The translations under genes were made by a program, and so were the position numbers. Under the pieces are notes generated by a model. That model was not told where the DNA came from. It saw only the letters and a program-made list of their open reading frames with translations, and did no database searches. From contig OX597823.1 of the NCBI GenBank assembly GCA_951406725.2, positions 58,776,001-58,840,000 on the forward strand: DNA of 64,000 nt. Direction: 5' to 3'. This stretch comes from Octopus vulgaris. Lineage: Eukaryota. Of this stretch, positions 12,996 through 25,814 are shown one piece after another; position 1 is the stretch's first letter, and every line of letters starts with the position of its first letter.

Positions 12996-14572
12996 TTTTT
13001 TTTTTCTTCTTTCCAATTTTCTTCCATTTCTTGCCGAGTGTCTTCCCGACTCCTAGGGCAAAGAAACTCATAGTGTATATTGGTAGGCCATTAAACCAAA
13101 CTCAGTAGTTCGTTAATTTTTTTCTTTCTTTTCTTTTTTTTTTTTTTTTTTTTTAAGTTAAATTAAAATGCATGAGCAGCAACAGTTCTCACATCGACAA
13201 TGCTCTTCTCAATACGTGTGATGTACCAGTTAAGACAATCTTTTGCACTTCTTGCAGGGATGGTAAGCCAGGGATCATTCTCATATAATTTTCGGTTCCC
13301 TTCTTGATCATTCCTAGTGCTCCTACGATCACTGGTATTGTAACCGCCTTGAGATGCCACATTTTCTCAATTTCAATGAGTAGGTCTTTATATTTTCTGA
13401 GCTTGTCAAACTCTTTCGCTGAGATATTATGATCACAGGGGATGCTCATGTCGATCAATAAGCAAACTTTATTGTTTTGGTCTTTCACAACAATATCTGG
13501 TTTATTGGCCTTGATGGTTCGGTCTGTATGTACTGGAATGTCCCACAGAATGGTTACATTTTCTCCTACAGTTACAGCCTCAGGGTGGTGATTATACCAC
13601 TTGTCGGCAGTTTTGATATTGTAATGCCGACTTATTAGCCAGTGGAGATATTGGCCAACTCTGTCATGTCTTAATTTATACTCCACTGGTGCTAAGACTT
13701 TACATCCAGAGATTAGGTGGTCCACTGTTTCAATCATGTCGTTGCAGAATCGGCATTTTGGGTCTGCTCCATTTTTCATCACATTGGCCTGATAGTTCCG
13801 GGTTGATAGGCTTTGGTCTTGAGCAGCCAGGATGAAACCTTCGCTCTCTGCTTTTAGCCCTGAGCTCCGCAGCCACTGATGGGTTTGCTTCTGGTCAACA
13901 TCAGCTTGTTTGCTGCAGGTCACATATTTGCCGTGCAGAGGTTTCTCCTCCCACCTATCAGCCAATTGCTCGTGCGCTTTTTTCATTGCCATCATTTTCA
14001 CCTTCTTTGCAACAATAGTTGCCGTACTTCCTTCGGGTTGTTCAGTTTGGGTATCCTGCACGAGATCAATAGCAAATTTTTTGCTCTCCTTGATGATAGA
14101 ATGAAGCTTCTTTCGTCTCTCGTGATTTTCCACGAGCTTTAGCATCCAGTCATTCGATATTTCGAGATATTTGGCCAGTCCAATTGTGGTTGTTTTGTAA
14201 GCTAGTTCAAATTGGATCAGGCCTCGACCTCCTTGGGCTCTGGGAAGGTAAAGGCGATCTACGTCTGCCTTTAGGTGGTGCATCCTATTACAACTCAGCA
14301 GCTTGCGTATTTTTCTATCTATATTCTTTACTTCACTCATATTCCAGTTCAACACATTGTAGCTATAAGTAACAACTGGAACTGCTAGGGAATTTATAGC
14401 TAACACCTTGTTACGTGCATTTAGTTCAGATTTCAGGACTGCACGAACTCTCCTATAACATTCCTTCCTGATTTTCTCTTTCATGCTTGCATGCTGAATA
14501 CCAGAGCCTTCATTTATCCCTAAATATTTGTATGTGTGTTCTTGTTATCCCTAAATATTTGTATGTGTGTTC

Positions 14573-14575
<3 letters not shown>
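12994..14575 (-). mobile_element. 5'-truncated R4/Dong-like RLE non-LTR retrotransposon inserted in (TAA)n
   Basis: Intact ORF plus 3' UTR, with TAA arrays at 12930-12993 and 14576-14680. Confidence 0.9.
13189..14484 (-). CDS. Retrotransposon ORF C-terminal part: RT thumb, CCHC zinc knuckle, restriction-like endonuclease
   Basis: 431 aa: RLYLPRAQGGRGL, CRFC..ETVDHLISGC, RHD, KPDIVV..IDMSIP..K..KY. The frame continues upstream with YKYLGI (RT motif). Confidence 0.9.
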   Translation of the reverse strand: MKEKIRKECYRRVRAVLKSELNARNKVLAINSLAVPVVTYSYNVLNWNMSEVKNIDRKIRKLLSCNRMHHLKADVDRLYLPRAQGGRGLIQFELAYKTTTIGLAKYLEISNDWMLKLVENHERRKKLHSIIKESKKFAIDLVQDTQTEQPEGSTATIVAKKVKMMAMKKAHEQLADRWEEKPLHGKYVTCSKQADVDQKQTHQWLRSSGLKAESEGFILAAQDQSLSTRNYQANVMKNGADPKCRFCNDMIETVDHLISGCKVLAPVEYKLRHDRVGQYLHWLISRHYNIKTADKWYNHHPEAVTVGENVTILWDIPVHTDRTIKANKPDIVVKDQNNKVCLLIDMSIPCDHNISAKEFDKLRKYKDLLIEIEKMWHLKAVTIPVIVGALGMIKKGTENYMRMIPGLPSLQEVQKIVLTGTSHVLRRALSM

Positions 14576-14640
<65 letters not shown>

Positions 14641-14682
14641 ATTATTATTATCATTATCATCATCATCATCATCATTATTAAT

Positions 14683-15395
14683 ATTTGGCTTTTGTGTTGC
14701 ACTTGTTCAAGTTTACTCCAAGTCTCACCCAGAGACCTCAAGTGACAACAAATTAGAAGTTCATGTTAGTGTTATGACTAGGGTGCCATATGTTTTGGTT
14801 TTGCATAAAATTTTGACTTGTTTTAAAAGTAATTTCATCATAAGATTGTAGTGTGATGTTAAGATGACAGTAGGTGTTGGCTATTATGTACATTTAAAAG
14901 TATTTTGACACTGTTTACAGATTAAAATGTTTTGGGGATTACGTAGACAATATTTTTCGTAGGATATGAGCAATTCCCATGAGCACTAATTTAAAAAATT
15001 TCTTCTATATTTGGATTTCCTGATAGATAGCAATTAGCTCTGTTTGTTATCACTTCTAGGGTTCCTATGACAACAAATATTGTTTTAGTCTTGGGGTTCC
15101 ACATTTTGTCAATTTCTTTCCAGATCTTTATAGTTGCTCAGTTTTGACAGGTACATTTATGTGGATTGAGACAGTCATATCGACGAGGAAGCATAATTTT
15201 TGTCTGAATCCTTCAATGAAATGTCTGGGACATTTGTATCTATCTTTCTGTCAGTTTGAACAGTAAAGGTCTAAAGGAGAGAGATGTGATCGTTTTCAAA
15301 CAGTGGAGGCGGTTAGTGTTCCCACCAGTTTTTATCATGGAGCAGGTCCAAGTTTTTTCAAATTACCCACTGAATATAATCTGCTGCTCTATTAT
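14683..15395 (-). mobile_element. Degenerate Dong-like RLE 3' fragment (second subfamily)
   Basis: Interrupted translation NRAADYIQWVI..KNWWEH..FENDHISLL..VQTDRKIDTNVPDI..LVDMTV..EIDKMW..VIGTL, followed by a 3' UTR running into (TAA/TGA)n. Confidence 0.75.
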
Positions 15396-16243
15396 TATGA
15401 GGGAGAGTGCGACAACGTTCTTGGGGAAATTCTCGGCGTCGATTAAAATCAACTAATCGGTCTGTTTCGGAGAACCTTCGGGCCTGGGTATATGGACATC
15501 TTCCAGAAATCCCTTGCTCGGCAGTGCTATCGAGGGGCACTGCCTGTTCGAGATGAACTTTACAGGCACGGAAGTGCCATCAACCAAGGTGTGCACAGAA
15601 CAATAAAATCGTTCTGCACGCCCTAGTCCAGTGCCCTAGCATTATTGGCCTGTAGTTCTATGTCGAACACCTGTTGTCGCGTGTAGGACGAATCCGGCTA
15701 TCAGCTGAATCCATTGTGAAGATTGCCCCGCCGCCCTCTTTTGACCGGGAGGGGAAGACAATTTTTCTTTGTCTAGAGGCTGTAGCGAAAGATGTAGTAT
15801 TGTGGACCGTTTGAAAGGGATAATGACAGGCACTTTCCTCTTTGGCCAAATCCTCATCAACTTTTTCAAGTTTCACTTGAAAAGGAAGTTGAGGGTGGAG
15901 AGGGGAAGTGTTGCCTTGTAGCAGGTTTGTTGAAAGGTGGGTGAATGTTGGATGAATGGTCCGTGTGAAAGGACTAATTCTGAGCATGCACCTGTAAACA
16001 AAAAGAGAAATGCTCTGGCCCTGTTGTTCAGGCACTCGTGACCTTTGTGAAATTTTTCATGAGGCCCTTAATGCGCCTCCCATATTGGGAGTTTTAAATT
16101 GTTTAATTTTTAATCGTTATATATATTGTTTACAGGTTGTAGAACCCATTGTATCATCCTGCTTTTGTCTTTTATGTTGTTGCATGTCTCTTAATGTAAT
16201 TTTAGTAATTTTATGTAAGCTCTTGTGGCCAATAAGCGAATTA
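15396..16243 (+). mobile_element. L1/Tx1-like LINE 3' fragment (zf-RVT region plus 3' UTR)
   Basis: Translation QCYRGALPVRDELYRHG...VLHALVQCP...LLSRVGRIRLSAESIVKI, with frameshifts. Confidence 0.6.
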
Positions 16244-16404
16244 ATTATTATTATTATTATTGAGTAAGGGAGAAAGTAGCGCATGCCTTCAAAATCACGG
16301 TAGGGTACAAATATATAAGTTAAGTACCAGTGAAACACTGAGGTCGTCGTAATCGACTTGTCCCCTCCAACAAAATTTCAGGCCTTATGCCTATAGTAAA
16401 GAGG

Positions 16405-16557
<153 letters not shown>

Positions 16558-16979
16558 AATTTGTATATTATTAATTTGTTTGTATAATATTTATCTAATA
16601 TTTTCTACTTTTAAAAAATCGGAACTTTTCCTGTTTCGGGTACCTTCAGACATTTATGATGTGGCAAAATTTACAGTTGATAAATTCATAAAGAAAGGAA
16701 TTCCTTCAAAGTGAATTATCAACTTTGAATATTTAGCACCACCGTAAAATGTTCAATGTAGATTTAACAAAAAATTAATGAATAAATTCACAACAAATTT
16801 TTTTCAGATTTGTCAGCTGAGTTTGATGCGAATTTGACTACTTTAACCGCGAGACAACATTATGTTCAGAACATAGTAAACCTAGAAAAGCGGTTAGGAA
16901 AACTTCATTATTTAAAACCAAAATAGATTCTTATAAAAGAGAAAAAAAATCCTAATCAACAATAGCTAAACATTTTGAA

Positions 16980-17600
16980 AGAATGTTATTTTCCGAAATT
17001 GATTTACGAATTGTATAAGCGTGGGTTTAGATCTAGAAAAGAAAAGGAATATGAAAAAAAAAATGAAATGAAATCCCATTAAAGTTTGGGAAACGAAAAT
17101 TATGTTTTCTTTTTCTATAATGATATGGTTTTTCAATCAGATATATAAATACAGTACAAGCAACAATTATGTTTTAGATTTAACTGTGAATGCGATGGAA
17201 TATATTAAGGTATTAAGAGAAAAAAATAAGAAACTATATAGATTGAATATTTGATAAACGTTAAGTCTTTCAACATGACAATATATGTAGCCACTCTTGT
17301 AAAAGCCTTATGCGAAGGAAGCTTGTCTGACATTTCAAACATTTATATGTTGCCTTAGTTATTATCAAATTCCCTTGATTTCAATCTCATCGAGAAGCGC
17401 AATCTCATTAGAAATAAAACGAAGAATAGAATTTATCAGTCAAAAGTGAAAATCGCTGAGGACGTGAAATCTATATTTAATAAAGAATAGAATCAACAAA
17501 TCTTTCAAGAAATGAGCCATACAAATCACTCTTCTGAACACTGCATGCCATGTTAGATGTTAACGATAATATGACAAAACATCTATCTTTGTCTAAAAAA
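16980..17600 (+). mobile_element. Decayed Tc1/mariner transposase remnant
   Basis: VFQHDNICSH (~FQQDNA..H) and NSLDFNLIEK (~SPDLNPIEN) occur in the expected order. Confidence 0.45.
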
Positions 17601-18186
17601 AAACAACTTTGGTCTACATATTCTTCTACTTTCAAACATATCTTCGTAATATATCTATGTGTTTGTGAGTAGAAGCTAATTCTTTTTTTTTTTCACCATA
17701 TATAAATGGCTCATATTTCTTTTAATATCCTAGCGTGCCATAGACTGTGGAATGGCATAATTGCGGTATTTTGTTTCAGCTCTTTACGTTTTCGGATCAA
17801 ATCCTGCCGCAGTTAAAATTGCTTTTTAATTATCCGGGGTCGAGGGAATAAAGAACACCTGGAGTACTAAAACCGATTGAATCCACTGCTGCTAGTGTCT
17901 ACCTGGAATATTCAAACAAAATCCCCCATTCAGGCCAGAATCCACACCAAACCAATCTTCTTATTGGTAATTGAACTTTAAATTGAACCTGTATATTAAA
18001 CTTAACGGCTACATAATTGCAGTGAGGGACATCGACTCCAGGTAATTGTTACGCAAATTTTATGAACAACAAGGTATTTTATCGGGTCAGTTATCGTGCT
18101 CAGTAATGATTTATGGACAACGTGTAACGGACAAAGATATTTTAAAAATGAAATTGTTTTTAATAGGGCCTTTTTTTTTCTTGTCT

Positions 18187-18416
18187 CTCTTTTACTTGTT
18201 TCAGTCAATTGACTGCGGCCATGCTGGAGCACCGCCTTTAGTCGAGCAAATGGACCCCAGGACTTATTCTTTGTTAGCCTAGTACTTATTCTATCGGTCA
18301 CTTTTGCCGAACCGCTAAGTTACGGGGACATAAACACACCAGCATCAGTTGTCAAGTGATGTTGGGGAGACAAACACAGACGCACATATACATACATACA
18401 TACATACATACATACA

Positions 18417-18448
<32 letters not shown>

Positions 18449-18455
18449 CATATAC

Positions 18456-18513
<58 letters not shown>

Positions 18514-18716
18514 GACGGTCTTCTTTCAGTTTCAGTCAACCAAATCCACTCACAAAGCATTGGTTGACCCGAGGCTATAGTAGAAGACACTTGTCAAAGA
18601 CGCCACGCAGTGGGAATGAACCCGAAACCATGTGGTTGGTAAGCGAGCTACTTACCACAGCCACTGAACCCGAAATCACGTGGTTCGTAAGCAAGCTACT
18701 CATCACACAGCCACTC
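18187..18716 (-). mobile_element. SINE family B with duplicated 5' head segment
   Basis: Family B consensus; TGAACCCGAAA..GTGGTT..TAAGC..CTAC..CACAGCCACT is present twice (18617-18715). Confidence 0.9.
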
Positions 18717-19099
18717 GCACATACATATGTATATAATATAATATATAAAATATGTTATGCGCAGCTATGGTTGTGCGTTTACAACAATTGCTTTGCAATC
18801 GCGTTGTTTGGGATGCCACCTTATGGCATATTTCTTATTGCTTTCTACTATATTAGTGTAGAGGAGCCGTCAATAATATCGACGACAATCGTACGAAACT
18901 TTGTGGTAATTACTCTTTGATTTGTAAGCACGAATATTCGATTTTTCCAGTTGGAAGTATTGTTGAAAAATGTAATTTATGAAAGTTGCAAATGAGAGTA
19001 TGAGGATTTAAATGAAATTGCCAAAATAACAGGAAAATAGGAAAACTGTATTTTTCACTCCGCAAACATTATCACGGTTAAACTACTTTTAATATGTAC

Positions 19100-19218
19100 T
19101 TACTTACCAACTACATGGTTCCGGGTTCAGTCCCACTGCGTGACACCTTGGGCAAGTGTCTTCTGCTATAGCCTTGTGAATGGATTTGGTAGACAGAAAC
19201 TGAAAGAAGCCCGTCGTA

Positions 19219-19303
<85 letters not shown>

Positions 19304-19517
19304 GTTTGTGTGTCTGTGTTTGTCCTCCCCAACATCGCTTGACAACCGATGCTGGTGTGTTTACGTACCCGTAACGTAGTAGTTCGGCAAAAGAGACCGA
19401 TAGAATAAGTACTAGGCTTACAAAGAATAAGTCCTGGGGTCGATTTGATCGACTAAAGGCGGTGCTCCAGCATGGCCACAGTCAAATGACTGAAACAAGT
19501 AGAAGAGTAAAAGAGTA
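19100..19517 (+). mobile_element. SINE family B
   Basis: CCGGGTTCAGTCCCACTGCGTGACACCTTGGGCAAGTG, internal (TA)n, tail AGTAAAAGAGTAA. Confidence 0.9.
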
Positions 19518-19677
19518 ATATATTGTGGTGAATGACCCACTCGTTATACTACATTATGTAATTTTGTACAATAAATGCTCCAATTTCGAAAATGATGTAC
19601 AAGTTTATATAATGAAAACCACCAAAATATATGCTTATTTTCATATTGGCTATACGATCTTATATTTTTCATAAGTT

Positions 19678-20122
19678 GGATCTTTTCGGTTTGAACGGCA
19701 GTTTTTAACATAATATCTAGGTAACTAAAAAAATTTAAACTTCGTATACTGGTAGAATGTGTTTATAAAACATCTTTTTCTCGTGGCTTTATTGAGAAAA
19801 TTCTATAGTTTGTAAGATATTTGTTGTTTTTTTCTTCAATTTCTGCAATTTCAACCAATCACTGACGTCCATTGAGGTAAACAACATTCTATGCCGTATG
19901 AATATGTCCCTCGTTTAAGAAACAGATTGGGTTTATTTATATTTGTGAAGAAAAAAAAGATACCCATCCCCCCACTCCTAATCCCTAACCCTAACTAACC
20001 CTAACTAACCCTAACCCTAAAATAGATTGAAATGCAATAGCTCGATACTAGGGTCATAATTATGGGTGACAATTTCATATGACAGCGCTAGAAAAAAATT
20101 GCCGTTCAAACCGAAAAGGTCC
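19678..20122. mobile_element. Merlin-like MITE containing (CCCTAA)n
   Basis: TIRs GGATCTTTTCGGTTTGAACGGCA / TGCCGTTCAAACCGAAAAGGTCC and an exact 8-bp TSD CATAAGTT. A second copy is at 34888-35308. Confidence 0.85.
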
Positions 20123-20891
20123 CATAAGTTTTCAAGGCACAGAAGATTTAGTTTATAAAAATACAACAAATAACGGAATGACTCCAGTCAGTAATTAGAG
20201 CCCGTGGTGAATAATATAGAAAATGAATTATATAAATGGGAACAACTTCAATATCTTTAACTAGTCAAGGGTGTTAGGCACAAAAAATACATCAGCATGG
20301 CCGCAGGTATGAGCTGGAAGTAGAGAGAAAGTATATGTGTATATGTGTAAATATACGTACACAAGCACACCTACACACACATGCACACACGCACACACAG
20401 ACACAGACACACACACACACGTTTATATCTGAATGTGCACACACATGCGCGTAATGTAATATCTCTATTGCACGCCGCCTGTTGATTTTACATTTATATT
20501 GTAAGTGAAATATGGTTGACAGCACTTATACACAAACTCACACACACACACACGCACACACACACGATCGCACGCGAGCAATACACTCACACGTCAATGT
20601 ATGTATCGTTGTTCCCGTTTATGCCTTTGTCAAATCACCGCTGGTTAAAACAATATTGTTGTTATGCAAAATAGTAATTTGTCATTTAACCAAAAGATTA
20701 AAAAAAACAAAACAAAACAAAAAAAAAATTTGAAATATAAAAAAAGCACACTGAAATATGGAGTGGGGTTTGTTAAGATCGATTAAAAAATATAAAACAA
20801 ACAAACCTTGAAGTCGTTGTCTCAAAAAGCCAGTAATTCAATAACTGAAAGTAATTTAGGAAAATGCATATGTCCACGCATATGTGTGTGC

Positions 20892-21360
<469 letters not shown>

Positions 21361-21692
21361 ATATGTACACACACATATGTCTATATGTATCCACATATTT
21401 AAGTCTACATGCATACGTCTACACGCACACACATACACTGATGCAATTTCTTCTCTTTACCGATTCTATTCTTTTGCAGAGGTGGAATGGTTTCTAATTT
21501 CCTGCACTGTAAAGCTTGAGGCAACCACAATAAGATTCCAGCTGAGAGGCGGAATGTAATGTTTGAAGGAAAGAGCTTTTGAGACATCGCTGGTTCTTCT
21601 ATACCTCTTTGGCCATAGTCACCTTTACTCCAGCCACCTGTTTTAAGCTGTCTTTCAGGAATATATAAATACACATATACATACGTATGTTT

Positions 21693-21811
<119 letters not shown>

Positions 21812-22704
21812 GTGTATATATTATGTAATATATGTATATATGTACGTAGGAATGTCTGTGTATATATGTAGATATATTCCCTATCCTAATGCCCTCTCTC
21901 TTTCTCATTGAATGGCTTCTCATTTTGCTTCTCACTATCTCTAACCCACTCACGTTCTATATTTCAATCTTGCTTCGAAAATGCCATCTTATATTCTATT
22001 TCCCTCTGCAATTTTCTTATTATTCTGTTTATTTCTTATCACTTTATTTTTATACTTTAGCTAATTTTCAATTCCTTTTTTCGTGCAAACGTTTCTTTTT
22101 TTTTTTTTTTTTTGCTATCCTTCTTATTATGCGTTTTTCGTTTTTTTATATTTATTTCTATTTTGCTTCCAAAAATATTTCGGTACCATTGCTTGTGTGG
22201 AAAGTTTCAGTTTTGATAGTAAGACACGAAGTATTGTTATTACTTCTGTGACTGATTTCTCTCTCTACCAATCTTCTTAGAATGTCTGGCGAAAGTTCAT
22301 TGAGTGCTTTCGTAAGAATATTTACTTGGTTCTGTGTGTTTTCCACTGACATCTTTAAAAAAAAACTCAGTGCAAATAAATAAGTGAATAAATAAACCAA
22401 AATATAAAGCAAAAAAGAGAAAAAAAATGCTTCCCCCTCTTCACACAATAAAAAAATCTTAAAAAAAACGACATTAAAAACATTAAAAAAACCCAGCAAA
22501 TTTCCAGACTAAGACCGAGGTGAGATGTGTTTCTATTTCTTCTCTCTTTTTCTTTGTATTTTTCAAAGTATTTTTTCTGTTTGTTTTCTCTCGCTCACTA
22601 TTTTCTCCAATATGTTGTCAGTCTTCAAAATACAAATTTATTTTTGGTCATGTATGTTTGTATGTAAGTATGCATGTATAGATGTAAGTATATATGTATA
22701 TGTA

Positions 22705-22797
<93 letters not shown>

Positions 22798-23042
22798 AAT
22801 ATAAACATATGCGTATGTATATTTGTGTACAGCTATTTGTGTCCATAGTTCTAGATGAGTATTCGACAGTACGAGTATGTGTGTCTACACGTATATGCAA
22901 GCATCTATCTATAACTGAAGGACCTTACATGCACACACGCACAAACACACACATATACACACATATATCCATATATACGTATATTGTCTTATGTGTGCAT
23001 GTCTATTAAAGTATGTTTGTATGTATATCTGTGTGTATATGC

Positions 23043-23083
<41 letters not shown>

Positions 23084-23205
23084 CACACACATATATATAC
23101 ATACATATACACATACATACGTAATATATATATATAAATAAATAATATATATATATATATATACATATAAACATATGTGTGTAAGCGTATTTGTGTCTGT
23201 GTATA

Positions 23206-23240
<35 letters not shown>

Positions 23241-23400
23241 AATGTGCGTGTATGGATTTGAATTTTTCTTCTGTACCTCCAGTTGGCATAGACTTTCACA
23301 ATGACGATAGATATTGATTCCAATGTATCTAATAGACACAACATTTGAAGACAACAAAAGTACAGAAAGAAAACAACAATGTAAGAATTCCTGAACTATA

Positions 23401-23484
<84 letters not shown>

Positions 23485-24026
23485 CATATACATATGACTT
23501 TACGTGTCTCTCCATGTATATATATAGATGTATATGTGTGTATGAAGACTTGACACATGTGGACTTAGTATTTAAACGCAGAAGGTAAACACCTAAAAAA
23601 ATTATACATCATAAACTACAATGCCAAGAAATACGGCGAAAAGAGCAACATGACCACCATCAGCTACTACTGATCAATAATGATAAACATTATTATTGCT
23701 ATGATAACAATAATGTGCACAATATTCATAATAATGTGGGTACGAAAAGTATTAATCGCTAATAATATTGATAGTTTTATTAAATATTATGGTTGATATA
23801 ATCATGATAATCATCATTTAGTATCTCTTAAATTATATATGTTCATTTTTATATGACTATAGGTACGTACATACTTGCATACATACTATACGTATATACA
23901 TATATACATACACACTGTACATACATTTATATATGCATACATATATATAGTCTTTTGTTTTATTATATGTTTCAGCCATGAGGATGTGTTCATGCTGGGG
24001 CACCGCCAGTGATATGAATATATATA

Positions 24027-24220
24027 TATAATATGTGACAATTATTCGGTATCCATGATAAAATTCCGAGTTTCGGATGTCGGAGCTGAAACCGACGCCG
24101 CCATCTCTTCAGTTATAGGGCCATCGCCCGATCACTGAAGAGATGGCGGCGTGAGTTTCCGCTCCGACATCCGAAACTCGGAGTTTTATCACGGCTACCA
24201 GATAATTGTCACATATTATA
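24027..24220. mobile_element. 194-bp imperfect palindrome, Penelope-like, with a hammerhead-like motif on each strand
   Basis: 97-bp arms, no indels, 11 mismatches, centre GGGC-CATC-GCCC. The + strand has CTGAAGA (24135-24141)...GAAACT-CGG-AGTT (24173-24185), mirrored on the - strand. Confidence 0.75.
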
Positions 24221-24384
24221 TTTACAGATAATTTCCTCTATTTATATAATATCGAGGTATCTCATTCTTTTATTGTATTACCATTTCTATCAATGTATAT
24301 ATATACATACCAGCATACATGCACACACACACATGCACGCTTGCATACATACACATACATGCATACGTACACATACGTGCATAC

Positions 24385-24428
<44 letters not shown>

Positions 24429-24827
24429 AGTTATTTAGTCCGGATATTGTCTTTAAACATTTACTCATGCGCGCACACAAAGTATTTCAGAAACGAAATC
24501 AGAAACAGGAAACGGGAGTTTAAAATAATTAAATTTGTGTTGCAATGATGAAACAGTGCAGAGTTCAATCTTTCGGACTGTGGCTTTTTAACAAATAAAA
24601 AAGAACTAGAGATAAAAGCAAAAGAACGGAAAGAGAGTCTGAAGTTTTCAGCAATAAAGGACTCTTTATTATTCGTAGTTTTACGCTGAAAATGAATTAA
24701 AATAAGTATTAAAATATACTCCCCCGTGATCGGAAACATATCATTAATAATTCTTATTTCTATTACAGCTTGAAAGCCACTGTGGAATGCTGTCAAATTT
24801 ATTGATCCAGTACTTGATAAATACATA

Positions 24828-25033
24828 TATTAATTCCAGATTTTGGCCTAAGGCCAGCAATTTCGTTAGATTGGGGTAAGTCTATTACATCGACCCCAGT
24901 GCTGAGTTGGTATTTATTTTATCAACCCATCGAACCCGAAAAGATGAATAGCAAAGTCGACCTCGGCAGAATTTGAACTCAGAACATAAAGACGCAAAAA
25001 TGTAGCTGAACATTTTCCCCGGCAGTCTAATGA
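24828..25033 (-). mobile_element. SINE family A
   Basis: Reverse complement of the family A head and core (AAAGTCGACCTCGGCAGAATTTGAACTCAGAAC). Confidence 0.8.
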
Positions 25034-25278
25034 TCTCGCTAGCTTGACGCCTTAGAAGTACTTATATTTGCCACAGTAAAATAGAAAGCAAAACCGAAGC
25101 CCGGGTACTTGAATTCAGAATGTAAAAGCGTATCTAAATATCACAGGAATATTTTGTTTCCGTTTCTGCTGATTCACCGATATTTTCTACACATCGACAT
25201 ACAAAATTGTGTTCTGAAGTTCGGCACAAGTCCACTAATGTTTGTGTCAAAATTTCATCAATAATTGATAGTAATACT

Positions 25279-25783
25279 GGCGTGGGTGTGAAGAAAGGAG
25301 CTTACTTTCTAACCACATGGCTCCGGGTTCAGTCTTACTGCGTGGCACTTTGGGTAAATGCTTTCTATTACAGCCTTGGGCTGACCAAAGCCTTGTGAGC
25401 GAATTTAATAGACACTGTAAGAACACCGTCATATGTATATGTGTGCGTATATATATATATATATATACATATTTATACAGAGTGCAGCAGAGAGGTTGCC
25501 CTAGTTTCAAAGGTTAATAAAATTAAACACATGAAGATGCATGAAAAAAACTTTGTATTTCTATAAAGTTCATTAAATGCCATCTTTTGTTTCTGTTTCA
25601 GGTGGTAGTACCAATAATGTCCTGGAATGAAGAGCATCATTTTTTCATGTATCTTCCTTTTTTTATTAACTTTTGAAATCGAGGGAATCCTTCCTGTCGC
25701 TCCCTGTATATATATATTAGCCTTTGAAATCGAGGTGACCTTTCTGCAGTTCCCTGTATATATATACATGTATATATGTGTGT

Positions 25784-25814
<31 letters not shown>

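Noticed and set aside
19975-20019. Telomere or chromosome fusion site
   Set aside because: The short CCCTAA run is internal to a TIR element present twice in the window.
25585-25630. Splice acceptor TTTCAG|GTGG
   Set aside because: It lies inside a MITE and has no matching donor.
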